A DNA stretch of 64,000 nucleotides from Candidatus Hydrogenedens sp. (GCA_049968235.1 JBMFRC010000001.1:192001-256000); one strand, 5' to 3'. Positions 32,866 through 43,209 are shown, numbered from the stretch's first letter. Made by a program: numbers and translations. The notes: generated by a model not told the origin, from the sequence alone.

Positions 32866-32938
32866 CTTATTATAGGATGAAGTAGCGTATATAATTATAT
32901 AATATAGTGTATTATTACAAATAACCGTGTAATATGGA

Positions 32939-34639
32939 GTGTTAACGATGGGAAAAAAGACACAAAGGTTCGTTCTTACAATAGGATTAATTGCTATCTT
33001 ATTGTTATCCATTTCGCCTGCTTATGCATGGGGACCACGAGCCAGACAGGCGTTGACTACTATGGCAATTCAAATGATACAATCTGAATTCCCATATGTA
33101 TTTCGTCCAGCGGGTTCCGCAGGTATAGGTTATGAAAAGGAAGCAATACAAGGTTCTACAGATAGCTGGCAAACCATAGCAGAATTTTATTCTTTTGAAA
33201 ATGAGAAAGCAGTATTGACAGCCATCAGTTCTGAAATACAATTACTCCGTGATATACGCAAGTTCGGACCGACATCTTACTATGCATATCGTTTAGGTGT
33301 TCTATCTGCTTTGGTTGCAGAAGTAATGATTCCGTATGGTTTTGCATGGACTAAAGAAGAGAAACAGTTGCAAAATCAGGTAAATGCGGATATCGATAAA
33401 AGACTTGACTCTTATGCATATCAGGCATCAAAGACACAGCGGTTTTTTGTAACAGATATAAACAAATTTTTTTCTGAACGACGCCCATATTTTTTAGAAA
33501 ATAAAAAATTAATTGCTGATGATTACCGACTGGGTAAAGGCTATAATGGGTTACTTGCAAAGGCAGGTTTGGATTATTTTGTAAGAACGGTTCGGACGAT
33601 TTCAGATGTATGGTATACCGTACTTCGTCCTGAGGATGATGGAATTTGGATAAGCCCTCCTTCGGACAGGACCCGTGCTTGGTACTTTGTAAAAGAGATT
33701 GAATATTTACTGGATGTCAAGAAAAATATGTATCAAGCAGATAAAATCTATGAAAATTTTACAAAACTTAGTGTAAATCCTCCGGAAGCAGTAAATCGTA
33801 TTGGTGATGCTTTTTATCGTTTAAATGACCCACAAGCCAAAAGCAGGGTTGTTCAACTTTGGCGGAGTGCTTATGCCAATTCTGTAGGTGAACTTCGCAA
33901 TTCTATTGCCAAAAAATTAGGAACCTATTATTTTGAAGAAGGACAGACGAAGTTTGCTCGTGCAGGACAACCCGGTGGGAGAGAAGAAGATTTAAATGAC
34001 GCTTTATACAATTTCCAGCAGGCTATAGAATTTGACCGCGATAATAAACAAATTATTGATATGATACAAGCAACTTACCAGGAGATAAAAGAACGAACAG
34101 AATACAGAAATATGCTGGTGGCTATCATTTCGCAGGCAGAAAAGACACAGGAAGAAGCAGAGAAGTATCGGCTTGCAGGTGATTATGGAAATGCTATACT
34201 AACATACCGTATCGCAGTAAGTTTATATAATTCAGTAGATGACCGATTCAAGGATTTAGAAAACAACGCAAAAAGTGGACTCCGCCGTGTGAAGAAGAGT
34301 ATTTCCGATGTAATAAATGAGATTTTAGACCGTGCCAGTGATGCCATTGACCAGGGAGACCAGCATAAGGAAAATAACCGATTTGAAGAAGCCATATCTT
34401 CGTATGCAAAAGTGGATAGCATTGTAAGTGTAATTCCGGATGATGAAAATCCTACCCTAACACAGCAGAAACAAAATGTAATCGATTTGTCGAAAAAACG
34501 CATAGAAGAGGCAAAAATAGCAAAAGTCCGTTATGAACAGGCTTTACAGGAAGCACAACAACGGGCTGCACAAAGTGGAGGTGGCACACCGCGTCAGGTC
34601 GCTCCACCTCCTGCACCTGTTCCTCCGCCTGCTAAATGA
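32939..34639 (+). CDS. secreted TPR-like/helical repeat protein with Pro-rich C-terminus
   Basis: 566 aa, signal peptide (AYAWG), helical repeat region, C-terminal APPPAPVPPPAK. Confidence 0.55.
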   Translation: MLTMGKKTQRFVLTIGLIAILLLSISPAYAWGPRARQALTTMAIQMIQSEFPYVFRPAGSAGIGYEKEAIQGSTDSWQTIAEFYSFENEKAVLTAISSEIQLLRDIRKFGPTSYYAYRLGVLSALVAEVMIPYGFAWTKEEKQLQNQVNADIDKRLDSYAYQASKTQRFFVTDINKFFSERRPYFLENKKLIADDYRLGKGYNGLLAKAGLDYFVRTVRTISDVWYTVLRPEDDGIWISPPSDRTRAWYFVKEIEYLLDVKKNMYQADKIYENFTKLSVNPPEAVNRIGDAFYRLNDPQAKSRVVQLWRSAYANSVGELRNSIAKKLGTYYFEEGQTKFARAGQPGGREEDLNDALYNFQQAIEFDRDNKQIIDMIQATYQEIKERTEYRNMLVAIISQAEKTQEEAEKYRLAGDYGNAILTYRIAVSLYNSVDDRFKDLENNAKSGLRRVKKSISDVINEILDRASDAIDQGDQHKENNRFEEAISSYAKVDSIVSVIPDDENPTLTQQKQNVIDLSKKRIEEAKIAKVRYEQALQEAQQRAAQSGGGTPRQVAPPPAPVPPPAK

Positions 34640-34655
34640 TTTTTAAATATATAGG

Positions 34656-35399
34656 ATGAAAATGATATTTGTTCGAGCAAAAAATAGTTATTTTTGGTGC
34701 GTTTCCGTCTTTTGTATCTTCATTTTTTCCTACAATCTTTGCTTTGCTCAGACGAGTAGAGATACATCCGAAGGTTGTGGTCCTTATCATTCAAGATATA
34801 ATGTGCAACCACCAGCTAAAGAGATAGAAAAACCCCCGACTCGTTCTCCACTTTCTAATCCCCCAGCAACTTCTATCAAAGCACCTCTCCCTAAAAAATC
34901 TTTGTCAAATCCTCCTGCAGAGGCTAAATCTGCACCGTCTGAAAAAAAACCTGTCGTAAATCCACCGGCTGTCTCTATAAAACAACCACCGAGGAAACTA
35001 TCCGTTTACAATCCTCCTGCAAAACCTATTTCCGCACCTAAACCGAGAAGGTCATTACAATCCCCTCCTGCTCAAGCGAAGTCCGCTCCTCCCCCTAAAA
35101 AACCGATAGAAAATCCACCTACTACCCCTGTTTCTGCCCCGTCAAAGAGGCAACCGTTGTCCGCTCCTCCTGCTCAAGCAAAGTCCGCTCCTCCCCCTAA
35201 AAAACCGATAGAAAATCCACCTACTACCCCTGTTTCTGCCCCGTCAAAGAGGCAACCGTTGTCCGCTCCTCCTGCTCAAGCAAAGTCCACTCCTCCCCCT
35301 AAAATTCCAGTAGGGAAAGAAGACATTTCACGAATTCGTCCTTATTGTGTTGGAGTAAAAGAACCGGGTTCAAAAGATGAAAAGCGGTTTATGCATTAA
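34656..35399 (+). CDS. secreted proline-rich repeat protein (NPPA/SAP(P)PKKP periodic repeats)
   Basis: 247 aa, signal peptide; ~9 degenerate ~25-34-aa Pro-rich repeats, last ones near-identical. Confidence 0.6.
   Translation: MKMIFVRAKNSYFWCVSVFCIFIFSYNLCFAQTSRDTSEGCGPYHSRYNVQPPAKEIEKPPTRSPLSNPPATSIKAPLPKKSLSNPPAEAKSAPSEKKPVVNPPAVSIKQPPRKLSVYNPPAKPISAPKPRRSLQSPPAQAKSAPPPKKPIENPPTTPVSAPSKRQPLSAPPAQAKSAPPPKKPIENPPTTPVSAPSKRQPLSAPPAQAKSTPPPKIPVGKEDISRIRPYCVGVKEPGSKDEKRFMH
35064..35305 (+). repeat. tandem direct repeat, 102-bp unit, ~2.4 copies, first two copies differ by one base
   Basis: unit cctcctgctcaagc(g/a)aagtccgctcctccccctaaaaaaccgatagaaaatccacctactacccctgtttctgccccgtcaaagaggcaaccgttgtccgct read twice. 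Confidence 0.85.
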
Positions 35400-35402
35400 A
35401 GA

Positions 35403-36233
35403 TTAACTCTTACTTCTTTTAACAATCATAGGTTCCGTAAAGAGAATATCTTCATTTAAAAATTCATGGGTAAGCCAGAACATAAGCAAGGTAGTATGAA
35501 TATTCACCCCATCAGATGGGATTCCTGTCCCTGAAAAAGCACCATCATCTCTCTGGAAAGAAAGTAGATGATATATTTCCTCAGGGTTGATGATTTTTTT
35601 CTTACCAAGGTAGCAAATAAATGCCAGTGCTTCAATTTTTAAATCAGAAGGGAATGAAATTGAAAGAGTTATCGAATAAATTTGATGTATTACTTCATTT
35701 ATCAATTGTTGCACATCATTATCACTGGTAGATAAACATTCCTGCTCGATGAACCAGGATAATGCCAGTGCAGAATGTGTAGTTTTATATCCTCCCTGTT
35801 TGGATTGCTCTTTGATTTGTCGGATTAATGTTATTTTATCTGGGCAGTCCTCCCGTCTGTCAATAAAAAGGGCTTTTAATTCGAGCCAGATATAACTCTC
35901 CGCCTGGTTTGGCTTCTTCCAATGAATACCTGTGTAATTTATTAGTCTTCCGTATATTTCCAGAGATTTTATATCCTGTGAAGTGGGAATCCGAACAAAC
36001 GACCTATTGAAAGAAAATTCGTCGGGTAGATTAAATCGGCGTTGTAAATAATCTAATAGAATCAGGTCTTCAACTCTAAAATAGAGTTTGTTTTTTCGGA
36101 TATAATCCAGTATTTTATTTCGTGTTTTTTCCAATTCCTGTTTTTGTAACGATTTGCTTCCTGGAAATGCTAAAGAAAGAAAAGGAGTAATAAGGAATAA
36201 CAATAGTAAAATGAAAGCAAAAACTTTTTTCAT
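35403..36233 (-). CDS. hypothetical secreted protein
   Basis: 276 aa with signal peptide; last gene of rbs-like operon; no motif recognised. Confidence 0.45.
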   Translation of the reverse strand: MKKVFAFILLLLFLITPFLSLAFPGSKSLQKQELEKTRNKILDYIRKNKLYFRVEDLILLDYLQRRFNLPDEFSFNRSFVRIPTSQDIKSLEIYGRLINYTGIHWKKPNQAESYIWLELKALFIDRREDCPDKITLIRQIKEQSKQGGYKTTHSALALSWFIEQECLSTSDNDVQQLINEVIHQIYSITLSISFPSDLKIEALAFICYLGKKKIINPEEIYHLLSFQRDDGAFSGTGIPSDGVNIHTTLLMFWLTHEFLNEDILFTEPMIVKRSKS

Positions 36234-37228
36234 GATTCTTGCTGTTCTTTTAAGTTCCCTTGTAATTTATCTACCAGCACCGCAGATAGAATAACAAGTC
36301 CTAATGTTATCTGTTGTCCAAAGGTCTCAATACCAATCCAGTTAAGACCACTGTTTAATGTGAAGACGACACACAATCCTAATAAAGTCCCCCACAATGA
36401 GCCTTTTCCTCCACTCAAACTTGTCCCTCCAATTACGACACTGGCGATAACGGCTAATTCATCGCCGATACCTACTTTAGGGCTTCCAGAACCCATACGT
36501 GATGCAAGTATTACACCCGCCAGAGCAGAAAAGGTACTACACAATATATAAACAAATAATTTTATCCGTTTGATAGGGACACCACTTAATCGGGCTGATT
36601 CTTCATTCCCTCCAATAGCAAGTGTGTGTCTTCCGGCAGAGGTATAATGTAAAACAATAAGCCCCGATAAAAATATGAGTCCAAAGATAACAATACTTAC
36701 AGGAATAAAATGAAAACATATCCCTCGCCCTATAACTAAAAACTCTTCAGGCACAGGACTTATAGGTTTGCCATTTGTAATAATGTTTGCCAGACCTCGC
36801 AATAGACTCATAAACGCAAGTGTTACAATGAAAGGTGGAATATCCCATAGAGTTATAATGCTTCCCATAATAATACCGAATAAAAGTCCTATCATAACTC
36901 CGGCAAGGAAAGACAAGGGTACGAAATATCCCGAAATGGAAGCAAGATAAACAGATAACATAGCCGATACAACCCCTGCCATGGCTCCGATGGAACCAAT
37001 GGATAAATCAATTCCCCCGGACATAATGACAAAAGTCATTCCTACCGCCATAATTCCAAAAATGGAAAGTTGATTTAAAATAAGGATGATAGTAGAAAGG
37101 GAAGCAAAGCCGGGCTGTCCTTGATTTCTGCCTATAATTTCAAAAATAAAAAATTCAAGAATTAAAGTAATCGTTAAAGGAACCCAGGAACGATAGAAAA
37201 GTGTCTTGATACTCTGATTAAGCCACAT
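36230..37228 (-). CDS. rbsC: sugar (ribose-type) ABC transporter permease
   Basis: RbsC/BPD-type permease sequence; start set at ATG 37228 (MWLNQSIK), 11-nt overlap with ATPase gene. Confidence 0.82.
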   Translation of the reverse strand: MWLNQSIKTLFYRSWVPLTITLILEFFIFEIIGRNQGQPGFASLSTIILILNQLSIFGIMAVGMTFVIMSGGIDLSIGSIGAMAGVVSAMLSVYLASISGYFVPLSFLAGVMIGLLFGIIMGSIITLWDIPPFIVTLAFMSLLRGLANIITNGKPISPVPEEFLVIGRGICFHFIPVSIVIFGLIFLSGLIVLHYTSAGRHTLAIGGNEESARLSGVPIKRIKLFVYILCSTFSALAGVILASRMGSGSPKVGIGDELAVIASVVIGGTSLSGGKGSLWGTLLGLCVVFTLNSGLNWIGIETFGQQITLGLVILSAVLVDKLQGNLKEQQES

Positions 37229-38726
37229 TCTGTTTTTTATATCCTGTGGCAAACTGCATAATTTTTTCCTGAGTGGCTTCATTACGAGATAATTCACCGA
37301 CAAGGTGTCCTTCATGCATAACAAGAATACGGTCACACATACCTAAGACCTCCGGCAACTCACTGGAAATCATAAGGATTGCGACCCCTTCTTCCAGAAG
37401 TCGGTTCATAAGTTTGAATATTTCCGATTTTGCACCCACATCAATTCCGCGTGTCGGTTCATCAAAAATTAAAATTCGAGATTGAGTAAAGAGCCATTTT
37501 GCAAGAACCACCTTTTGTTGATTTCCACCACTCAAATTCTGTGCAATTTGTTCGATAGATGGAGTTCGTATTTGTAGGTCATGCACATATTTTTCGGCTA
37601 CCTCCCGTTCTTTTGCAAGATTGAGGAAAATTCCCCTTGTAATTTCTTTTAAGTTTGCCAGGGTTGTATTTTCGCGAATGGTCATACCTAAAACCAGTCC
37701 TTGATTTTTTCGGTCTTCCGTAAGTAGTCCAATACCATTTTTAATGGCTTCCTGCGGGGAACGGATTTTTACTTCCTGTCCATCAATAAAAATTTTGCCG
37801 GCATCAATAGGGTCCGCACCAAATATAGCACGTGCTACTTCTGTTCTACCGGCTCCAACCAGACCTGTAAGACCTACAATTTCCCCGCAATATACGGAGA
37901 AATTAATATCAAAAAAAGCACCTTTACGGGTAAATCCTTCCACTCGTAATCGTTCCTTACCACGAGGAAGAAATATTTTGGGATATTCATCTGTAAGTTC
38001 ACGACCAACCATCATTTTAATAACATCTTCACGACTTACATCGCAAACATTATGGGTTCCTACATACTGACCGTCCCGCATCACTGTAACACGGTTCCCT
38101 ATTTCATAAAGTTCTTCAAGCCGATGTGAAATATAGATAATTCCGATATCCTGCCGTCTTAATACTTTGATAAGTTCAAACAAAGTCTTTAATTCATGGT
38201 CTGTCAAAGTTGCCGAAGGTTCATCCATTACTATTATTTTTGCCTTTATGCTCAAAGCCTTAGCAATCTCTACCATTTGTTGTTGAGCAATACTCAATTC
38301 CGCCACGGGAAGTCGTACATCCAATTTTAATCCAACACGCTCTAATACTTCCTGTGCCCCTGCATACATCTGTTGCCAATTAATAAACGGTGTTTTAGGA
38401 ATACGCGGTTCTCTACCCAGGAAGATATTTTCCGCAACGCTTAAATAGGGAATAAGATTAAATTCCTGATATATCATGCTAATTCCCAATTGCTGGGCAT
38501 GGTAGGGAGAGGTAATTTGTATTGGTTGCCCTTCGAGAAAAATTTGCCCCGAATCCATAGCAACCGCACCTGCTAATATTTTCATGAGTGTTGATTTCCC
38601 GGCTCCATTTTCTCCTACAAGACAATGAACTTCTCCATAACGAACCTCTAATTGCACCTTATCTAATGCCAGGACACCCGGGAACCGTTTCGTTATATCT
38701 CGCATTTCAAGTAATACATCACTCAT
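37218..38726 (-). CDS. rbsA: sugar ABC transporter ATP-binding protein, duplicated ABC domains
   Basis: 502 aa; two Walker A (GENGAGKST; GLVGAGRTE), two LSGG signatures. Confidence 0.9.
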   Translation of the reverse strand: MSDVLLEMRDITKRFPGVLALDKVQLEVRYGEVHCLVGENGAGKSTLMKILAGAVAMDSGQIFLEGQPIQITSPYHAQQLGISMIYQEFNLIPYLSVAENIFLGREPRIPKTPFINWQQMYAGAQEVLERVGLKLDVRLPVAELSIAQQQMVEIAKALSIKAKIIVMDEPSATLTDHELKTLFELIKVLRRQDIGIIYISHRLEELYEIGNRVTVMRDGQYVGTHNVCDVSREDVIKMMVGRELTDEYPKIFLPRGKERLRVEGFTRKGAFFDINFSVYCGEIVGLTGLVGAGRTEVARAIFGADPIDAGKIFIDGQEVKIRSPQEAIKNGIGLLTEDRKNQGLVLGMTIRENTTLANLKEITRGIFLNLAKEREVAEKYVHDLQIRTPSIEQIAQNLSGGNQQKVVLAKWLFTQSRILIFDEPTRGIDVGAKSEIFKLMNRLLEEGVAILMISSELPEVLGMCDRILVMHEGHLVGELSRNEATQEKIMQFATGYKKQNVA

Positions 38727-39729
38727 TTTTTTGCCCTTCTAATAATGTTTCACGGGTAATTAATTTTACAGGGATATATTTTACAGAGGGAATATTTTTC
38801 CCCTGAAAAAACTCTGCAATAGTTTCACTTGCTGTTTTACCTATTTCTCTGGGAAACTGGGCAATGTCAGCAATCAATGCTTTACCCTCACTTATTGCTT
38901 TACATGCTTCCGGTGTTGCATCAAATCCGACAATTTTAATCTTCTCCTGTAATCCAGCAGATTCTACTGCAGCCAGAGCACCTAAAGCGGAATCATCGTT
39001 AATTCCAAAGATAGCATCTAAATCAGAGCGGGAAGCAATTAAATCCTGAGCAGAACGCATGGCTTTATCTCGTTGCCCTTCTCCCGGCACTTTTTGAACT
39101 ATACGAATTCCGGGATATTTCCCAATCGCATCTTCAAAACCTTTAACCCGTTCCTGAACAGAAGTAACCATAGGATGGTCAATAATAGCAACTTTTCCCT
39201 GTCCTTTTAATTCCTCTGCCAGGAATTCTCCTAATAAACTCCCTCCCTGATAATTGTCTGATGCTATATGACAAATTACATCGGTGTCCTTAACAGCAAT
39301 ATCTACAGTGAACACAGGGATTTTTTTTTCCATAGCCTGTTTTATAATTGGAGCCATTCCACTGGAATCAGTAGGGGCTACTACCAGTGCCTGAACCCCC
39401 TGGAGAATGAACATTTCTATCTGGTCATTTTGTTTGCGTGGGTCAAATTCTGCATATTGAATTTTTACCTGGATATTCTTTTGTTCCGCAGTCTCTTTCA
39501 TTGCCCCTGCCAGGTCTTGATAAAAAACATGTGTCTGGGTCAATAAAGAAGCACCTACAACTATCCGATTTGTTATTTCCGCTCCTGTTGTTTCTTTCTT
39601 TCCCGAACAAGAAATGATTAAAATAAATAGAAAAATGGCTATTAAACTTGAATAGAAATGTTTTAATTTTAAAATACACATACCTCTAAATTTTCCTTTT
39701 TTACATATCACCATTTTAATATACATCAA
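38719..39729 (-). CDS. rbsB: sugar ABC transporter periplasmic substrate-binding lipoprotein
   Basis: 336 aa; lipobox (IISCSG), periplasmic binding protein type I fold; start may be Met ~39681. Confidence 0.8.
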   Translation of the reverse strand: MMYIKMVICKKGKFRGMCILKLKHFYSSLIAIFLFILIISCSGKKETTGAEITNRIVVGASLLTQTHVFYQDLAGAMKETAEQKNIQVKIQYAEFDPRKQNDQIEMFILQGVQALVVAPTDSSGMAPIIKQAMEKKIPVFTVDIAVKDTDVICHIASDNYQGGSLLGEFLAEELKGQGKVAIIDHPMVTSVQERVKGFEDAIGKYPGIRIVQKVPGEGQRDKAMRSAQDLIASRSDLDAIFGINDDSALGALAAVESAGLQEKIKIVGFDATPEACKAISEGKALIADIAQFPREIGKTASETIAEFFQGKNIPSVKYIPVKLITRETLLEGQKNE

Positions 39730-39762
39730 AACAATTAATCCAATCAGTTGCGAATTAAAATC

Positions 39763-41490
39763 TTATTTGTCGTATCCAGTAGTATACCAGCGATTATATA
39801 AAAAGGGTAGAGAAAACACTTCTTTCTTTATAGGTAGATTGTCAATAATAGACGCTCCTTCTCCATTCCAGTCCACATTGATTCCGTCAAACCATGCCCC
39901 ACTAAACGAGCCTTCTTCATTCCCACACCAAACCCCCAACATGATTAACATAGTATTGGGAGACAGAGATTGAAAAGTCATACCGGGCGATAAGGAATGG
40001 ACAAGTTCGGGTATATTAAGTGTTATATGATGGGAACGATAACCATAATCGGGCAACATCATAGTGATAAATTTTCCTTCTTCTCTGTATTTTTCTAAAT
40101 ATTGAGGTTTTGCAGGTATTCCATCATGATACGCCCAAATTTTTGGGATATGTTTAACCCGCTCTTCGCGTGCTCCCCAATGGCCTACCCACATCCAGCA
40201 GAAATTTCTATCTTTAAACAAAGCAACTCGTATAAACCCACCTCCCAAAAAACTTTTCTCACTGTTCGGAATGTAATATCGTATTTTAACAACGGGACTT
40301 GCACTGCTATCGGGTATTTGCAAAACCTGATAAGCGTCGATACTTTCATCATATTGCCATGCATGCCCTTTGAATCGGGTAAATAAGTGCAGGGATTGCT
40401 CCCCCGGTAATAAGCCGCATTTTCGTATTTCGTGTATAAACCCCGGTTCCTGTTCTGATGTATAGCGTATAGGAAATAACCAGTCGGTTAAACCTCGTTC
40501 AAAATCACCATTTTTAATTTCCTTATACGATGGCATCTCGCTCCAGTGCAGAAATGAACGGGGGTCCATATCTTTCGTAAATATCGGGAAATGGGAAGGA
40601 TATTCATGCTTTGCATCAACTTCTAATTGCCGACCTACCAATTTCATATCAGAACCGTTAAGAACCGCTTCCACAAAATATCCCCGGTCTTTCTGCGTAT
40701 TAAACTCCGGATACTCTTCGCCAAAGGCTCTTCCGGGAACTAATGTGGGCAGAACAACAAATTTTGTCCCTTGATATTCCCATGCTGTCCGAACAGATGC
40801 TTTAATACCGTTATGAACATGCCCCATAAACACATATTGAACATTACCATATCGCACTATTGTGTCTAATAATTTGTTTTTTCTGTCCTTAGGATAAGTG
40901 TAATACTCTAACTGGGACAGTCCTACGGGTAATAAATGATAATGTAAAAATACCATTACAGGACTTCGCCATACTTCATGAAGTTCGTTATCCAACCATG
41001 CTATCTGTTCATCAAAATTATTGTTTTCCAATAAATCAGGTGTGGATAGAACGACAATTCGCCATGCACCACAGTTAAAGGCATAATTAGGCAAACGGAA
41101 CCCACATAACCGTTCTTGCATGGATAAAAACAATCCATCGTCATATTTCCCGTCATGATTCCCATGCACTAATGCCATAGGTATTTTTAGAGGTCGAACT
41201 GCATTTTCAAATGCTGAAAAATAATCGGGACGGGGAAAAGCAACAAGGTCACCATTAAAAACAATCAAATCTACCTGTTCCTGATTTGCTGTATTTACCA
41301 TCTTCTGCAGTGTTTGTTCCAATTCCCGTTCAAATCCAACAGGACTATCAGCAGGACCTATTTGTGGGTCTGCGATAAGAAAAATGCGGAGATTTTCTGT
41401 TTTCCCAGCAAGAGAAGCATAGTAATCTATCATGGGTTTGTTTGCACCATCCTGAGCCAATAAAATAAAGTAAAAAAAAATAGAAAGCAT
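39763..41490 (-). CDS. secreted calcineurin-like metallophosphoesterase with C-terminal beta domain
   Basis: 575 aa; signal peptide, GDLV..GNHD..GHVH motifs. Confidence 0.72.
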   Translation of the reverse strand: MLSIFFYFILLAQDGANKPMIDYYASLAGKTENLRIFLIADPQIGPADSPVGFERELEQTLQKMVNTANQEQVDLIVFNGDLVAFPRPDYFSAFENAVRPLKIPMALVHGNHDGKYDDGLFLSMQERLCGFRLPNYAFNCGAWRIVVLSTPDLLENNNFDEQIAWLDNELHEVWRSPVMVFLHYHLLPVGLSQLEYYTYPKDRKNKLLDTIVRYGNVQYVFMGHVHNGIKASVRTAWEYQGTKFVVLPTLVPGRAFGEEYPEFNTQKDRGYFVEAVLNGSDMKLVGRQLEVDAKHEYPSHFPIFTKDMDPRSFLHWSEMPSYKEIKNGDFERGLTDWLFPIRYTSEQEPGFIHEIRKCGLLPGEQSLHLFTRFKGHAWQYDESIDAYQVLQIPDSSASPVVKIRYYIPNSEKSFLGGGFIRVALFKDRNFCWMWVGHWGAREERVKHIPKIWAYHDGIPAKPQYLEKYREEGKFITMMLPDYGYRSHHITLNIPELVHSLSPGMTFQSLSPNTMLIMLGVWCGNEEGSFSGAWFDGINVDWNGEGASIIDNLPIKKEVFSLPFLYNRWYTTGYDK

Positions 41491-41554
41491 AACACCTCCT
41501 GATATGTATCCTTTTTATGATTATACGAATTTATCTTTGACTGGACAACATGAA

Positions 41555-41594
41555 TGTCCGACGGGTCTGACTGAACCAACTTGTCGGAGCGACA
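41555..41594. repeat. intergenic stem-loop, copy B (TGTCCGAC ... GTCGGAgcgACA, 20-nt loop gggtctgactgaaccaactt)
   Basis: 5' arm differs by one base from copy A; loop shares GTCtGAC and GAACC words; in divergent promoter region. Confidence 0.35.
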
Positions 41595-41668
41595 TACTTT
41601 ACTAGGAATGTTTTTAATGGGCTTAATACGATATAATCTGTATTTGTATAATAAAGGAGATATGGAAT

Positions 41669-42223
41669 ATGAAAAAAGTTCTGGTATTGCTTGCACAAGG
41701 ATGCGAAGAGGTTGAAGCGGTAACGGTAATTGATTTGCTGAATCGAGCAGGCCTTGAAGTAACCACAGCATGTCTGGATAATGAAAAAGTAATACATGCC
41801 AGTCATGGTGCAATATTAATGGCACAAAAAACTTTAAATGAGGTATTGGATGAAGAATTTGATATGGTTGTTTTACCCGGAGGGCTTCCAGGTGCAGACC
41901 ACTTAGCAAATGATACAAGAGTAGTCAATCTTATAAAAAATATGGCAAATGCGGGAAAATATGTTTCTGCAATCTGCGCTGCACCACATATATTAGCTCA
42001 AATTGGTTTGCTTGATGGAAAGAAAGCCACAGCATACCCGGGCTTTATAAAAAAAGAAAATTTTCCTCAAATAGATATTTGCGACGAAAAGGTCGTTGTA
42101 AGTGGGAATATAATCACGGGTAGAGGTCCAGGGGTTGCTATGGATTTTGCACTCACACTTATCGAGGTCTTATGTGGAAAGAAATTACGGGATAAGGTAG
42201 AAAAGACACTTGTCCGTTACTAA
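41669..42223 (+). CDS. DJ-1/PfpI (ThiJ) family protein
   Basis: 184 aa; nucleophile-elbow Cys in AICAAP motif. Confidence 0.85.
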   Translation: MKKVLVLLAQGCEEVEAVTVIDLLNRAGLEVTTACLDNEKVIHASHGAILMAQKTLNEVLDEEFDMVVLPGGLPGADHLANDTRVVNLIKNMANAGKYVSAICAAPHILAQIGLLDGKKATAYPGFIKKENFPQIDICDEKVVVSGNIITGRGPGVAMDFALTLIEVLCGKKLRDKVEKTLVRY

Positions 42224-42285
42224 AATAGTGTCTTTTATCAGGCTCAAAATTATTCATAGTTCACACCCAAAAAAATATTATCAGA

Positions 42286-43194
42286 TTATTCCGGGAAAGA
42301 TGTAAGAGATTTTTCGGCGGATTTTACAGTGTTTTTCATAAGCATGGCAATAGTCATAGGTCCAACCCCACCGGGAACCGGTGTAATGGCTCTTGCTTTT
42401 TTGGAAACACTGGGGAAATGAACATCACCCGTCAAACGATAACCTGATTTCCTGGTATTGTCAGGAATACGATTCATTCCCACATCAATAACCACACATC
42501 CTTCACTTACCATTCTACCTTGAATAAATTCGGGGACTCCCATCGCTGCAACCAGTATATCTGCACTTTGGGTAATGTTGCTTAAATTTCGTGTGTGCGA
42601 GTGACAAATCGTAACGGTAGCATCAGCACCTTCCGATTTTTGAACTAATAATGCAGATAAAGGCTTCCCTACAATATTGGAACGACCTACAATAACGACA
42701 TGCTTCCCCTGTATTTTATATCCATATCGTATAAGCAATTCCTGTATACCGGCAGGGGTACATGCCACAAAGCAGTCCTGCCCATTAAGCAATTTGCCCT
42801 TATTAACAGGATGAAATCCATCAACATCTTTACTCGGGTCAATTGCTTCCAGGATTTTTTCTTCATTGATATGTTTAGGCAGAGGGCTCTGGATAAGTAT
42901 TCCATGCACTTCTCTATTACAATTCAGTTTATCTACCAATTTAAGTAAATCTGACTCGGAAGTCTGTTGGGGCAAGTCGTATGCAAAGGAGCGAATTCCT
43001 AATTCTTCGCATGTTTTTCTTTTATTACGAACGTAAATCTGACTGGCAGGATTGTCTCCTACTAAAACTACTGCCAAACCGGGAATAACCCCTTTTTGTC
43101 TTAATCCTTCAATTCTATTTTTTAATTCTAACTTTATAATTTCGCTAAGTTTGACCCCATCTAATAATTTAGGTTTTCTGGGTGCAGGCATCAT
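42286..43194 (-). CDS. folD: bifunctional methylene-THF dehydrogenase / methenyl-THF cyclohydrolase
   Basis: 302 aa; FolD motifs (QIYVRNK, GRSNIVGKP, TPVPGGVGPMT). Confidence 0.9.
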   Translation of the reverse strand: MMPAPRKPKLLDGVKLSEIIKLELKNRIEGLRQKGVIPGLAVVLVGDNPASQIYVRNKRKTCEELGIRSFAYDLPQQTSESDLLKLVDKLNCNREVHGILIQSPLPKHINEEKILEAIDPSKDVDGFHPVNKGKLLNGQDCFVACTPAGIQELLIRYGYKIQGKHVVIVGRSNIVGKPLSALLVQKSEGADATVTICHSHTRNLSNITQSADILVAAMGVPEFIQGRMVSEGCVVIDVGMNRIPDNTRKSGYRLTGDVHFPSVSKKARAITPVPGGVGPMTIAMLMKNTVKSAEKSLTSFPE

Positions 43195-43209
43195 TGTCTC
43201 CTTCTTTAT

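Noticed and set aside
32284-32938. 650-bp AT-rich non-coding spacer examined for tRNA, sRNA or CRISPR
   Set aside because: No cloverleaf-compatible GC-rich segment, no direct-repeat periodicity and no obvious structured element. Only promoter-like hexamers were seen, so I left it as an unexplained long spacer.
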